A DNA stretch of 62,897 nt, the filler included. It is 6 parts of 6 records of this genome, joined end to end, with 100 filler letters (N's around TTAATTAATTAA, not from the genome) between each part and the next. Parts side by side here need not be neighbours in the genome. Positions count along the whole stretch, not along the records: positions 41,938 to 50,191 come from SRR2962707_2187; positions 50,292 to 62,897 come from SRR2962707_2197; 4 more parts are not named here. The stretch is one strand, 5' to 3'. The notes beneath the pieces were generated by a model. It saw only the letters and a list, made by a program, of their open reading frames with translations, did not search any database and had not been told where the DNA came from. This document shows positions 47,534-58,700 of this stretch, one piece after another; the stretch's first letter is position 1; the number at the start of each line of letters is the position of its first letter. Position numbers and translations under genes: made by a program.

Positions 47534-49240
47534 GTGCATTTGGATTCGTTGAATCTGTATCTGCTGATCGGCACCGGGCTGATGTTCATCGGGCTGCTTT
47601 TGGGCTCTCTGAGCACCCGCATCGGCGTGCCGTCCCTGTTGATGTTCCTGCTGGTGGGGATGGCCGCCGGTGAGGACGGCATCGGCGGTATCCAATTCGA
47701 CGACCTCTCCACCGCTTACGTCATCAGTAACATCGCCCTGGCGGTCATCCTCATGGACGGCGGCCTGCGCACCCGCATGGACACCTTTCGCCTGGCTCTG
47801 AAGCCGGCGCTGTCCCTGGCCAGCCTCGGTGTGGCCATCTCCGCCGCCCTGGTCGGCGCCTTCACCACCTGGCTGATGGGCGTGGACTGGCGCCTGGGGC
47901 TGCTGCTGGGCGGCATTATCGGCTCAACCGACGCGGCGGCGGTATTCAGTGTGATCAAAGGCGCCGGGGTCAACATCAATGAGCGGGTGGCCAGCACCCT
48001 GGAGATCGAATCCGGTCTCAACGACCCGATGGCCATCTTCATCACCCTGATGCTGGTGGGTGTGCTGGTGGAGCCGGACGCCACCTTTGGTTTCAACATG
48101 ATCCTGACCCTGATCCAGCAGTTTGGCCTGGGCGCGATCATCGGACTGGGGCTGGGCGCGGTACTCAGCGAAATCCTGCTGCGGGTGCGCAGTAACGAGG
48201 GTCTGCACGCCTTGCTGCTGTGCAGCGGCGGCGCCATGGTGTTCGCACTCACCAACCTTGCCGGCGGCAGCGGCTTCCTGGCGATTTATCTCACCGGCCT
48301 GGTCACCGGTAACCGGCGTGGCGGTACCGGGGACAACGTGTTGCGCTCCATGGACAGCATGGCCTGGCTGGCCCAATCCGGCATGTTTCTGATGCTGGGT
48401 CTGCTGATCACGCCATCGGAGCTGGGCCAGCACCTGCTGCCGGCCCTGATGGTGGCCTTGTTCCTGATGCTGGTGGCACGGCCAGTGTCGGTGTGGGTGA
48501 GCCTGATCCCCTTTATCTTCACCTGGCGTGAGAAACTGTTCATCGCCTGGACCGGCCTGCGCGGGGCGGTACCTATCGTTCTGGCGGTGTTCCCGCTGTT
48601 GGCCGGTGTGGGCGAGACCCGCCTGCTGTTTGATATCACCCTGGTGGTGGTTTTGATCTCGCTGCTGGCCCAGGGGGCCAGCCTGCGCTACATGGCACGA
48701 TTGTTGAAAGTCTCGGTACCAGCGACAGCGGCGCCGAAGCAGATGGTGCCCATGGCGCATTCCGCCAACCGCTATCTGATGCAATTCGAGGTGGAAGAAG
48801 GCGCCAAAGCCCAGGGCCAGCGGCTTGGCACCATCACCACCCAGCGTATCACCCCGGTGCTGATCATTCGGGACAAGGCTTTCCTCAATCTGTCCGAGGA
48901 TCCGCAAATCGAGGCCGGAGACATGGTCAGTTGGCTGGCGCCGTTGAGCGAGCAGGACTATCTGTCGGACATGTGCCACAAGATCACCGTGGCGGAGAGG
49001 CGCTATTTCGGTGACTTCATCGTGCGCGGCAGCGTACCGGTGGATCAGTTGGTGGCGGCATACGGTATCCATGAGCTGGAGGAGCGCCTGAAAGGCATGA
49101 CCGTGGAAGCGGCCTTCGAGGATCGTTTCGGCCAACATGCGGTGGTGGGCGACACCCTTAAACTGGGCGGCTTGAGACTGCGTGCCCGCACCGTGGAAAA
49201 AGGGCGGGTGATCATGGCGGGCATCAAACTGCCGCAATAA
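47534..49240 (+). CDS. cvrA: K+/H+ antiporter NhaP2/CvrA
   Basis: STDAAAVFS, LEIESGLNDPMA, GLRGAVPI; C-terminal TrkA-C and transporter-associated domains. Confidence 0.92.
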   Translation: MHLDSLNLYLLIGTGLMFIGLLLGSLSTRIGVPSLLMFLLVGMAAGEDGIGGIQFDDLSTAYVISNIALAVILMDGGLRTRMDTFRLALKPALSLASLGVAISAALVGAFTTWLMGVDWRLGLLLGGIIGSTDAAAVFSVIKGAGVNINERVASTLEIESGLNDPMAIFITLMLVGVLVEPDATFGFNMILTLIQQFGLGAIIGLGLGAVLSEILLRVRSNEGLHALLLCSGGAMVFALTNLAGGSGFLAIYLTGLVTGNRRGGTGDNVLRSMDSMAWLAQSGMFLMLGLLITPSELGQHLLPALMVALFLMLVARPVSVWVSLIPFIFTWREKLFIAWTGLRGAVPIVLAVFPLLAGVGETRLLFDITLVVVLISLLAQGASLRYMARLLKVSVPATAAPKQMVPMAHSANRYLMQFEVEEGAKAQGQRLGTITTQRITPVLIIRDKAFLNLSEDPQIEAGDMVSWLAPLSEQDYLSDMCHKITVAERRYFGDFIVRGSVPVDQLVAAYGIHELEERLKGMTVEAAFEDRFGQHAVVGDTLKLGGLRLRARTVEKGRVIMAGIKLPQ

Positions 49241-49310
49241 TTCACTGTAAAAATCAGGGATCGCAGGCCCTGTTTTGCGTTCAAGCGAGCAAAAGCCCAG
49301 GAGGGATTCG

Positions 49311-50120
49311 ATGCGATTTTCTGGACACCGGGTTTTGATCACCGGCTCCGGGGCCGGCATTGGCCGGCTGATGGCGGAACGGATGGCCGGCCGTGGGGCG
49401 GAGGTGATCGTCACCGCCCGCCGCATCGACGCCGCCCGCGAGGTGGTGAAACATATCGCCAACGCTGGCGGCACCGCCCACGCCTATACCCTGGATGTGG
49501 GGAAGATCAGCTCGATCACCACGTTGCGCGACAAGATCCATGAGGAAGTCGGGCCGCTGACCATGCTGATCAACAATGCTGGCGTGGTGTTCGGCGGCGA
49601 ATTCGAGAAAGTTTCCCTGGATCAGCATTTGCAGACCTTCAAGGTCAACAGCGAAGGCCTGATGGCTTGCACCCATGCCTTTCTTGACGATCTGATACAG
49701 GCACGGCACGGCCATCTGGTGAATATCGCCAGCGCCTCCGCCTTCATCGGCCTGCCCTACGGCAGCAGCTATGCCGCCAGCAAATGGGCGGTGGTGGGTT
49801 TCTCCGAATCGTTACGCCTGGAACTGGCCGAACGCGGCCTGCGTAATGTGAAAGTCACCACGGTCTGCCCCAGTTACATCGCCACGGGTATGTTCAAAGG
49901 GGTAAAAACCCCATTGTTCTCCCCCATGCTGACACCGGACAAGGTGGTCTCCAGCATTCTCAAGGGCATCGCCGCCGGTGAGCCCTTCGTGATCGAGCCG
50001 CCCATGGCCCGTTCCGTGGAGCTGCTCAAAGGCGTGCTGCCGCGCCGCCTCTGGGATCAGGTAGCCAAATACACCGGCGTTTCCACGTCCATGTACAGCT
50101 GGAAGGGAAAGCACGACTGA
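49311..50120 (+). CDS. SDR family oxidoreductase (retinol/17-beta-HSD-like)
   Basis: TGSGAGIG, NNAG, YAASK; ATG 49311 with GGAGGG RBS. Confidence 0.92.
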   Translation: MRFSGHRVLITGSGAGIGRLMAERMAGRGAEVIVTARRIDAAREVVKHIANAGGTAHAYTLDVGKISSITTLRDKIHEEVGPLTMLINNAGVVFGGEFEKVSLDQHLQTFKVNSEGLMACTHAFLDDLIQARHGHLVNIASASAFIGLPYGSSYAASKWAVVGFSESLRLELAERGLRNVKVTTVCPSYIATGMFKGVKTPLFSPMLTPDKVVSSILKGIAAGEPFVIEPPMARSVELLKGVLPRRLWDQVAKYTGVSTSMYSWKGKHD

Positions 50121-50163
50121 TCCGCTCCGGCCAGCTTCCCTCAGGGGGGTCTACGAAGGCTCT

Positions 50164-50187
50164 GTAGGAGCTTGCCCTGCAAGCGAA
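50164..50187 (+). repeat. GTAG-family REP element
   Basis: GTAGGAGCTTGCCCTGCAAGCGAA (GTAG head, GCTTGC/GCAAGC palindrome, GCGAA tail) at the contig break. Confidence 0.75.
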
Positions 50188-50191
50188 TCGG

Positions 50192-50291
50192 NNNNNNNNN
50201 NNNNNNNNNNNNNNNNNNNNNNNNNNNNNNNNNNNTTAATTAATTAANNNNNNNNNNNNNNNNNNNNNNNNNNNNNNNNNNNNNNNNNNNN
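50192..50291. other. Artificial contig spacer
   Basis: N-run with TTAATTAATTAA. Confidence 0.99.
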
Positions 50292-50333
50292 AGAGAGAGA
50301 GAGAGCGAGAGAGACAGAGAGCGAGAGACAGAG
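50292..50333. repeat. Imperfect (AG)n microsatellite
   Basis: agagagagagagagcgagagagacagagagcgagagacagag. Confidence 0.9.
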
Positions 50334-50367
50334 TGTCCTCGCCCTGGCTGTGTGTCTTGTTGGAGCG

Positions 50368-53300
50368 ATGTCTCTTTCAGCTATCTCCTCTCTCGCCAGT
50401 ACCAGTGAACGCCGCCAACAGCAAGCGGCCGCACTTGCGACGCAGACGCGGGCGGTCGGGCATCATGAAGAGCGTCTACGGCGGCAGTTCCTGACTGCCT
50501 GCAACAAGGACGACACGCGCACAGTCCTGGACATCATCAACGAAGTGAGCGGGAGTTCGCAGCTTCTGAGCAAGATTTTGGCGCAGCCGGACCCTGCGGT
50601 GGGCACTCCTCTGCACGTTGCGGCCCGCAGAGGGCACTTGGACACGGTGAAGCTTCTCGTGCAATACAACGTGGATGTGGGGCTGTTGCACAGAGACACC
50701 GAGGGAAACAGCGTGAGCGCGTTGCTCTGCGCGCTGCAACGCGGACACATGCCTGTTGTGAAGTTGCTTGTCGAGCTCGGGGCCCACACGCGAGGGGCAA
50801 AGTCCGGAGGCGTGGAGGAGTGGCTGGCGGCCCACCCGTACGAGCGGCGGTTGGTGGGCAGCATGGGGGCAGATTCTGTTAAAGTGCACGCTGTGAAAGA
50901 GTTTAGGAAGAAATTAGAGGCCAACCGAGACATTCGGCAGTTAAAGGAGAGTATTGCAGAGGCCGAACAAGCAGCAGCAGCTGCATCGGAGCAAGCGCGT
51001 GCCGCAGTGGCAACTGCCGAACGTGAGGCGAAGCGGGCAGCTAGCGCCGACGCCAGAAAAGTGGCGCTGAAGCAAGAGCTCTTGAAAAAACAAGCCGCCT
51101 ACGAACAAGGACGAATTGATGCGGAGCACGCGGAAGCCGCACTGCAAGCGTGGAACCGGGTGATGCATGAAACGAGGGTGCATTCGGACGGAGTTGGAAC
51201 ATCTGACCAGCCAGGTAGGAGTACTGCAGAAGCTGCCGACGGGGAAATTGTTGCAGTTGCTGCCCCAGAAGCAGTGCCTCGTTCTGTGACTCGGCCAATT
51301 TGCACACCGCTGGAGATATCAGCAACGTGCTATGCTAGCGAAGGGATGGAACTGCTTTGGTACAAAGATGGCTTGCCGTTTGTCATTCCTGTGCACAGCG
51401 CGGCAGACACAAATGATTTTCCACAGAATGGGCCCGAGAGTGAAGACAATTCCCTACCTGCTGGCGAAGCGGTCCACAGGCGGGCAGGTGTGCGTCGAAG
51501 TGTGACAAATGCTGCGGGAGAACACCATGTCCCCCACGTCGCTGTGTTCACTCTGTCCAACGAGCATTTTGTGGAAGGCAAGTTGCAAGCGATCAATGAC
51601 GCTGGGCGAAAGGAGGCCCACGAACAACGCATGCGCGAGAGGGAGGAGCTTCTAGCTAGCAACAGCGACGATGGTGCCAATTCGGACCTTGAGGAAGAAC
51701 ACGAGGAACAGGGGGTGGCCGAGTCTGCGGATGCAGCTCTTCGAGCGGAAGACTCCGTGATGGGTTTTGGGGATAGTGTTTACGACAGCAGCCCTCGCAA
51801 CGGTCGGTATTTTGACAGTCCACGCAACAGCCAGTTGCACGCACACAGTGTACTCAGCGGTGAAGATCCGTTTGGGGGCATCAATATGAACTCCCATGGT
51901 CGAGAGGCCATGCACTGCGATGAGAAGTTCTGTGACACTCCTTACCCAACGTTGGCACCACCGTCGATATATAACACAGTGGTCCAGCTCACCAGCTCTG
52001 CCAATGAAAATGGCAACAGAAGAGTTGAATCCAATGCAGAAGCCAAGCAGCGGCCGCTGGACGAACTTGTTGAAGACGAGGAGGCTTTTGTACTGGCCTC
52101 CAACCACCTTCGGGATTGGTTGGGAACACGTGCTTTTTTTGACATTGCCCGAGGAGATTTTATGCTGCCTGACTCACGCGCTGGAGCTGAGAGAAGCGGT
52201 CGTCATACTGCAACTACCTTTGCGGACGATGGTTTTCCGCGTCATTATGACGTTGATGACAATGCACCAACTCATGCAGCCCGCCACGCGAGCAATGGAA
52301 ACCTGGACACGGGGCGACCAGCAACACAGCAGTCGCTGCTATGCCGCGTCGTCGCGCAGGCTTTTCTGAAGCAGGCGTTACGATTCTTGCCGCTGGACTT
52401 GATTGAGCTTCCTGGTGCAGATGATCAAACTGAAGACAACGGGGCCCAGGGCGAGATTGAGGCGATACGCTCTGGAGACGACGGCGCCAGCGGCGATAGC
52501 AATGCTGAGTACGAGGACTTTCCTGCGCCGGTGGGGGATGCATCAAACTTTGAGAATCGTCGGTTCAAATGGAAAATTACGCTGCCCGCTGTCGGCGAGG
52601 ACAGAACGAGTGCTAAAATCAATGACAATCGTGGGGCATTCAGCTATGACGAAAGCACACCCGTCACCGCCAAACATGCTGTTGACAGTATGAGCACAGA
52701 AGGTCGTTTAACAGACTCCAGCCTTCGTGTACTCGTATCACGTTCTCCAGCAAAATTTCATTTTGCCGACGATCGGATGAATACGAGCGACGGTGCCTGG
52801 GAGTCAGCTGCTCCCGCTGGCTCTGGACGCCTGGTAATGACAACTCCGCCGCGCATTCGGTCAACTCTGTACTTTCCTTCGATTCGCTTTAATGATAAAG
52901 GCACATACGTGTGTCATCTTGCGAAAAGAGTGGAAAACACGGCTGAAAGTTCCTGCGTCAACGGAGTCAATGAATGGCAGATTGTGCACAGGCGGATTTG
53001 TGAGGTGCGCAGGAATGCGGCAAGAAGTTCTCGCATCATAACGTGTGGCCGACATCTGGTTGTGACCTCATTGATTTCTCGCCATTGCAGGTTGACATTT
53101 CCGTTCTGGACTGGGACGACTCGCTGGACCAACTCGAGCAGCGCCTGTCGCAATGTGTCCAGCGATGTCAGTTTATCGAGACTGCCGCGTTCGAGGCCCA
53201 CGAAGCCTATCGTGAGCAACAACGAGTCTTCGAAAGCTGCGAAGACCAACTGCGCGAGGTGGAACAAGCGGTGTGTGTGTGTGTGAGGGCAATGCCAACT

Positions 53301-56300
53301 ACATTGTTTTTGTGCCTTGACTGTCAATATGGTTCGCAGGCGCTGTATATTTGTTGATGTTGCAACTTCTCGTTTTGTTTTTGGCATGGTAGTTGTGGGC
53401 GGCTGAGGATACTGTCATGCGTCGCACGAATGACTTGCGTGCTGCGCTGAGCGTGGCTTGCCGTGAGGGTGTGGATATTTTGGCCTCCATTTCCGGCCGC
53501 GAAGGGGCGACGATTTCACGTGTCGCAAGCGCTATTCTTCAGCGCATTTCGGATGATGGGCGGGTGCAGGACGAAGTTGGAAGCGACACCAGCGAAGCCC
53601 GCGATGGCGAAGATTCAGGGCCCGTCACCACAACGGGCGATGTTGGTGCTTGCGAAAGTGCCTTGCCGAGGTCATCGAAAAACGCCGACCTTTGCGTTGA
53701 TCCGCATCGCACTCACTCTGCCGTGCACCGGGTATGAGAGAGGGGTGTGGAGATGGGGCAGTGGGGTAATTTGGGACTCAATGCCTCGCCACGCGGCGTC
53801 GATTCTTGCGTGATATGTTGCCTCATCACTTTGATGCCGTGCAGGTGGCTTTGCTGTGGGAGGACATTTCTCAGCGTGTTGGGACGTGGACGCAGCCCTC
53901 AACCGACTTTTTCCAAGCACTGTACGCGTTGAAAGCCGCAAAGACGGTTCGCTTGGTGCGGAAAAAGGATCTTGCTTTTGCCCTATCGCGGCTGGCTGCC
54001 ACGCGCCGTGAACTTGGGGAAATTCTTTCGGCACGGCTGCAGAGCTGGAGCGACAAATGTGTGGTGGAGGCAAATCGCAACATGGTGGTCAAGCTGGAGG
54101 CAACTGGACGTGAAGACTTTGCTGGAATTTTTGCAGAATTGAATGCTGCCCTGAAGGTTGCCCGCCAGTACGTTGTTCTTTTCCTAGGCGACCCCAACAG
54201 GATGGGATGCCATTGGGCCAGTGGTGAGCGAGCTTGCACACGCTGTCATTTGTTGATGATTGAATTTCGGGCTTGTTTAGGTACGAAGAAAGCGACTTTG
54301 ACTTTGACGAGTTTGACGGCCTTGGCGTGAGCCGCTCCGCAGAGGACATTGCCGACGAAGGGTTTGCACGAAATGCTCAGTATGTTGCATCCGTTACTCG
54401 TGCAGTGGTGAAGGTGGTGCGCAAGCTGGCCGAACCGCCTTTCTGCGACAGCGACATAATTCAACAACGAGGACTTACCATCTTGTGCCAAGTTCTTGCT
54501 CAGTGGAACCCACCTTACAGACCCCGAAGTCTTCAAAATGGTTCAGAGTCGAGTGGAGTTGTCCCCTCCGCGAAAGCTGCGACAGAAGCCCACGACACGC
54601 TGCATGCAATGTTGCGCGCAGTAACCGATGCAATGTCGGCCAGCGTGCGCCGAAGTCGCTTTGCCAGCCACCGCAGCGGCTCGTCGCTTCGGTCATTCAT
54701 CAAGGAGTTTCCAAGCAGCAACGCCGAAACTGCGCCTGACTTGCACCACAGCGTTCAGCAGCACGACGCTCAAGTGATTATTGATTTGGCACTTGCTGCA
54801 ATCAACCGTTTCGGTGATTGCGCTAGACATGTCACGGTTCCAGCCTTTGCTCTCTTGTATATGCTTGGTGTACACCACCCAGTCCTGTCGTGCCTGCTTG
54901 GCGAGATCGGTAGTCTCGTCGAAAACAAACCCAACTCGCAGACTGTGGTTGAGTTTTCTTCAGGGCAGATAGCTGTGGCTCCGTTACCATATGCCGCTCG
55001 CGTATGGAACAGCACGAGCGAGTTTCTAGGCGTTCGAGGGGACCTTGTGCGACTGGTCGGTATGCTGCGAACGTACAAGCTGCAAATGGTTGGTGCATCT
55101 GCGATTGCAACCATTTGGAAACTCGTCCGTACACAGTGGTTCGCAGCAACACTTTTGTGGGAAGATGCACAGAGCGTTCGCTGCATCAAGTCGTCGCTGC
55201 GAAAATTTAAGCAGGCGCAGGGAAGCGCTGCAGGCGATGGCGAACGCCTGCCGCAAAGAGTTGAAGCTGCGCGAGCGAACGCCTCAACGAGAGTGCGGCA
55301 GCAGTCGCCTGCGTTCGTCTGCGCACAAGTCGCTGCGATATGCCAAGCTATAGTAGCTATTAAACAAGCCGCAGCACGCATGGACATTCCTTCCATCGTT
55401 GATGTGCTTGGGCGACATGGGACTGTGCCTTCAGTTGTAATTTTGGCTTGCCGATTGCTGTTGCAACGCACTTTCCGAGTTCAAGTTCAGGAACTGTTTC
55501 TTGCAGACGCAGAGCCGCTGGTGACGCGTGTACTCGCAACATTGCATTGTGCCATGGAACATGCCCAGAGGTACTTTGCTGGCGACACAAGCGCCCAGAG
55601 TCCGCCGGCGAAGGAAAACAATCTTCGCATCTTGCAAGAGTGCCGGCGCGCACACCAAGTGTGGTCGCTTGCAGCTCTATTAGTTTACCTCCAACTTGAC
55701 CAGGCCATGCCAGTTCGCGGCGCAGCCATGTGTGAGGGGCGAAACCCGGAAACTTGGCTCAAACTGTGGGATCGACTGCACACTCGCGGGGTATCGTCGC
55801 CGGTACGACCCTGCCATCGTCTTTTTGCTTCAACCATCGATGCTTTCGTGTCGTAGGCGCATGGCGGCTGATGGTTTGGCTGCCAATTCTGATGTTTGTA
55901 GGAAATTTTATCGAGACTGCGTGTTAGTGAAGTAATGTTTTGGGGGATGCCACGCACGGATGCCGCCGTATTGTTGCACTATTCTCGGATTTTTCGTATC
56001 GGCAGCAACGGGTTGCCAGCAATGGACGACGACCGCCAGCATCACTATCAACGTGAACTGGAATCACTTCGCTCAGCCCGAAGCCGAGAGCGGAGTGTAG
56101 CAGCACAAAGGGACGGGCATCAGGACCACTACCAAGCTTCAAGTGTCACAATTGATAGTGTGCTGAGAACTCAGGGTAACGAACTGTTGAAGCGCACCAC
56201 GTATGAAGTTGCTCAAGCTACAATACTTGCTGAGTCATCAGACGGTCATGCACTTATCGGCTCAGTTGAGGACGGCAATGCAACTCCTCCACAGTACTCC

Positions 56301-58130
56301 AGTAGCGATGAGTCAGCGGTGCACAACGGAAGTGCGAACGAAGGGAGCGAGCCGCGTGTTCCTGCCATTGTCAGTGTCGCGGGTTCGGCTGTTGCGGGTT
56401 CGGCAATTTCAAGCGTGGGTGAGAATGGGGACGTTGGGGCTCATGAAGCTATAAACAATGAACATGAGTCGGGGCAGATCGATGTTCAAGAGTCAGATGA
56501 GCCGCATCAATTAGGCCCCGAGTCAGACCATGACAGTCGACGGTGCAACGAGGCGATGTTGGAAGTCGGCGATCGTGTCGAAGTATTGTTCGGCGGAGGA
56601 GACGTTTACTATCCCGGAACAATCTCTGCGGTTCACGAAGCTGGTTATACTCCTCCCGAATCGAACACGGGAGAGTCTGACGCGGCCAGCGACGAAAAAG
56701 GGTCCGTGAATGGTAAAAACAAGGAGACGTATGGCATCGTTTATGATGATGGAGATGTCGAAGAGAACGTTGATCCCGCCTTGATGCGGCCCGCAGAAGT
56801 CTCCGATGTCCATCCTCTTAAAGTGGGAGACCGGGTTTTTGCTCTTTTTCAAGCTACCTCCGGCAACACCATGTGGTATGCTGCGACTGTAACCTCGGTG
56901 ACACGACTGAGTGATAGTGCCGATCCGTCCGTTGTTACGGGAGTATCCAGGGGAATGGAAGCGTCGTCACTGGCAGATGACTTTACTCGTGCGCAGGACA
57001 CGGTGTCGCTTTCTGAAGACCCTGTGTTCGAAAAATACTTCAAGTTACTCAGCGTGCGTGTTCTTAACGGTGCTTTCACAAACAATTTCACGAGCCCCAG
57101 GAAAGTGGTAGCACAGGCTGCCTTTTGTTGCTCACCGACTGTGAACGATTTGTTGTTGTGATAGATGGGTATGCCGAAGGAACAGGTTGCGCTGAAGATG
57201 ACTGCCGAGGGTGTGGATGCAAGAGTTTTGGACACACCAGACGAGCCATCGACGAGCCAAGAATGTTTGCCAGCGCCATTGCTTGCGTCGCAGACCAAAG
57301 CAAGACCGTCCAACGACGAGGGCTTGGATGCCGAGGGGGAGCTTTGTGGAGAACATTCCCCGGAACCCGGGGAACGAACTGCACTTTCCGATGTGCGGTA
57401 CTCGGTTCGGTACGATGACGGGGATGAAGAAAATGGGCTCGACCCTGAGCTTGTGCGCCAACAGGTGCGCGCCGGGTCCCAGTTGTGGCATCTATTTTCG
57501 TTCCGTCTTGATCGGCAGGTGGTTGCTGTGTCGGTGTCATTGTTGTTGAGATGCGTCGCATGATGAACGTGCTGCAAGGTCGTATACCAACCCGGCGACG
57601 CGATCGAAGCACAATTTGGTGGCGGAGTGGAATGGTTTCCCGGAAAAGTTAGTTCAGTAATATCAGCCGCACAACATGTTCAGTCAGCAGAGGCTGCAGC
57701 AGGCACTGCATCTGTGGCCGAGGATGAAGCAATCTCGACCATGCTTGAGAAGGACACTGTCCACCCTGCCATTGTGACCGCTGAACGGACCTTCGACGTT
57801 GCGTACGACGATGGGGACGTTGAGTTGTTTGTGAGCCCCGCACTCATTCGCCGAGTTCTCCTCGCTGATGTTGGGACGTCGGCAACTTTGAAGGATACTG
57901 TGGCTGCACCGGAGGCAACAGAAGTCTTACGCGACACGATGTCTGACGTGTTGCTAGACAGTGTGCAGCACGTGAATGTTTCGAGCGCACTCCCGCCTCC
58001 AAGTGGTGACGCAAGCAAAGATGTTCCTCCTGCCGAGACCACTGATGCTGGGGCCAGGGGAGGTGAATGCCATGATTATTGTTGGCAAGCGGACAACGCC
58101 CGTATGGAGCACAGCACCCAAGTACGTTAG
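50368..58130 (+). CDS. Eukaryotic multi-exon gene: ankyrin repeats, coiled coil, interrupted Ig-like domain, helical region, three Tudor-like repeats and a CCDC53/WASHC3-like motif
   Basis: Ankyrin TPLHVAARRGH and ALQRGHMPVVKLLVELGA. Frame-preserving GT-AG introns at 53005-53090, 53271-53392, 53732-53844, 54168-54280, 57054-57164 and 57465-57578. Splicing around 55760-56005 and the 3' end are uncertain, so this could be two genes. Confidence 0.7.
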
Positions 58131-58700
58131 GCGTGACCTGGTTACGATTTTTGTGGTTTCACGCGCGCGTATCGTTGCAGTCGCTTGCCAACATGTGCGT
58201 ATTTATGAACAACGTAGACTTTCCAGAACATTGAAGCGTATGAGGTCATGTCAAAAAGTCTCATCGAACTGGGAACACACACTGCAATATGCAAGCAGCT
58301 CCGTGTCCTTTCCCAGGCAGATGTGCGCTGCGTTTACGATTTACTGCACCGTTCGCTGCAGTGCGTGGAGCAGTTTCCAGCAGATGAAGTCACAGATGGA
58401 GTGCTGGTGAGTTGATGTCACGGTTCATGCTTCACCCACAGATGCCTGTGGCTGGCTTGCATTAAAACGGTTCCCTCATCGCTCGATTATTGTCGATACG
58501 TTGTTTAGGTCGAGGAACACGAACACGCTCAAGACCTCAGGTGGGCTGTCAGTTCTTCCAGATAATGCCCATAAACAATGACTTGAGGATGCTTGTGCAA
58601 TCACTGTAGTCAATAATATTAAAATTACACGCGCAATGCAGAATCGCGCCCAGTTTAGAGCCAGCAGCAGGCACTTTGGGCAAAGAGCTCGGGATATTAG

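Noticed and set aside
47924-49474. Long antisense ORFs (516 aa here; also 12584..13723, 46299..47456, 4246..5190)
   Set aside because: Shadow frames of well-supported genes in GC-rich DNA, with no recognisable motifs.
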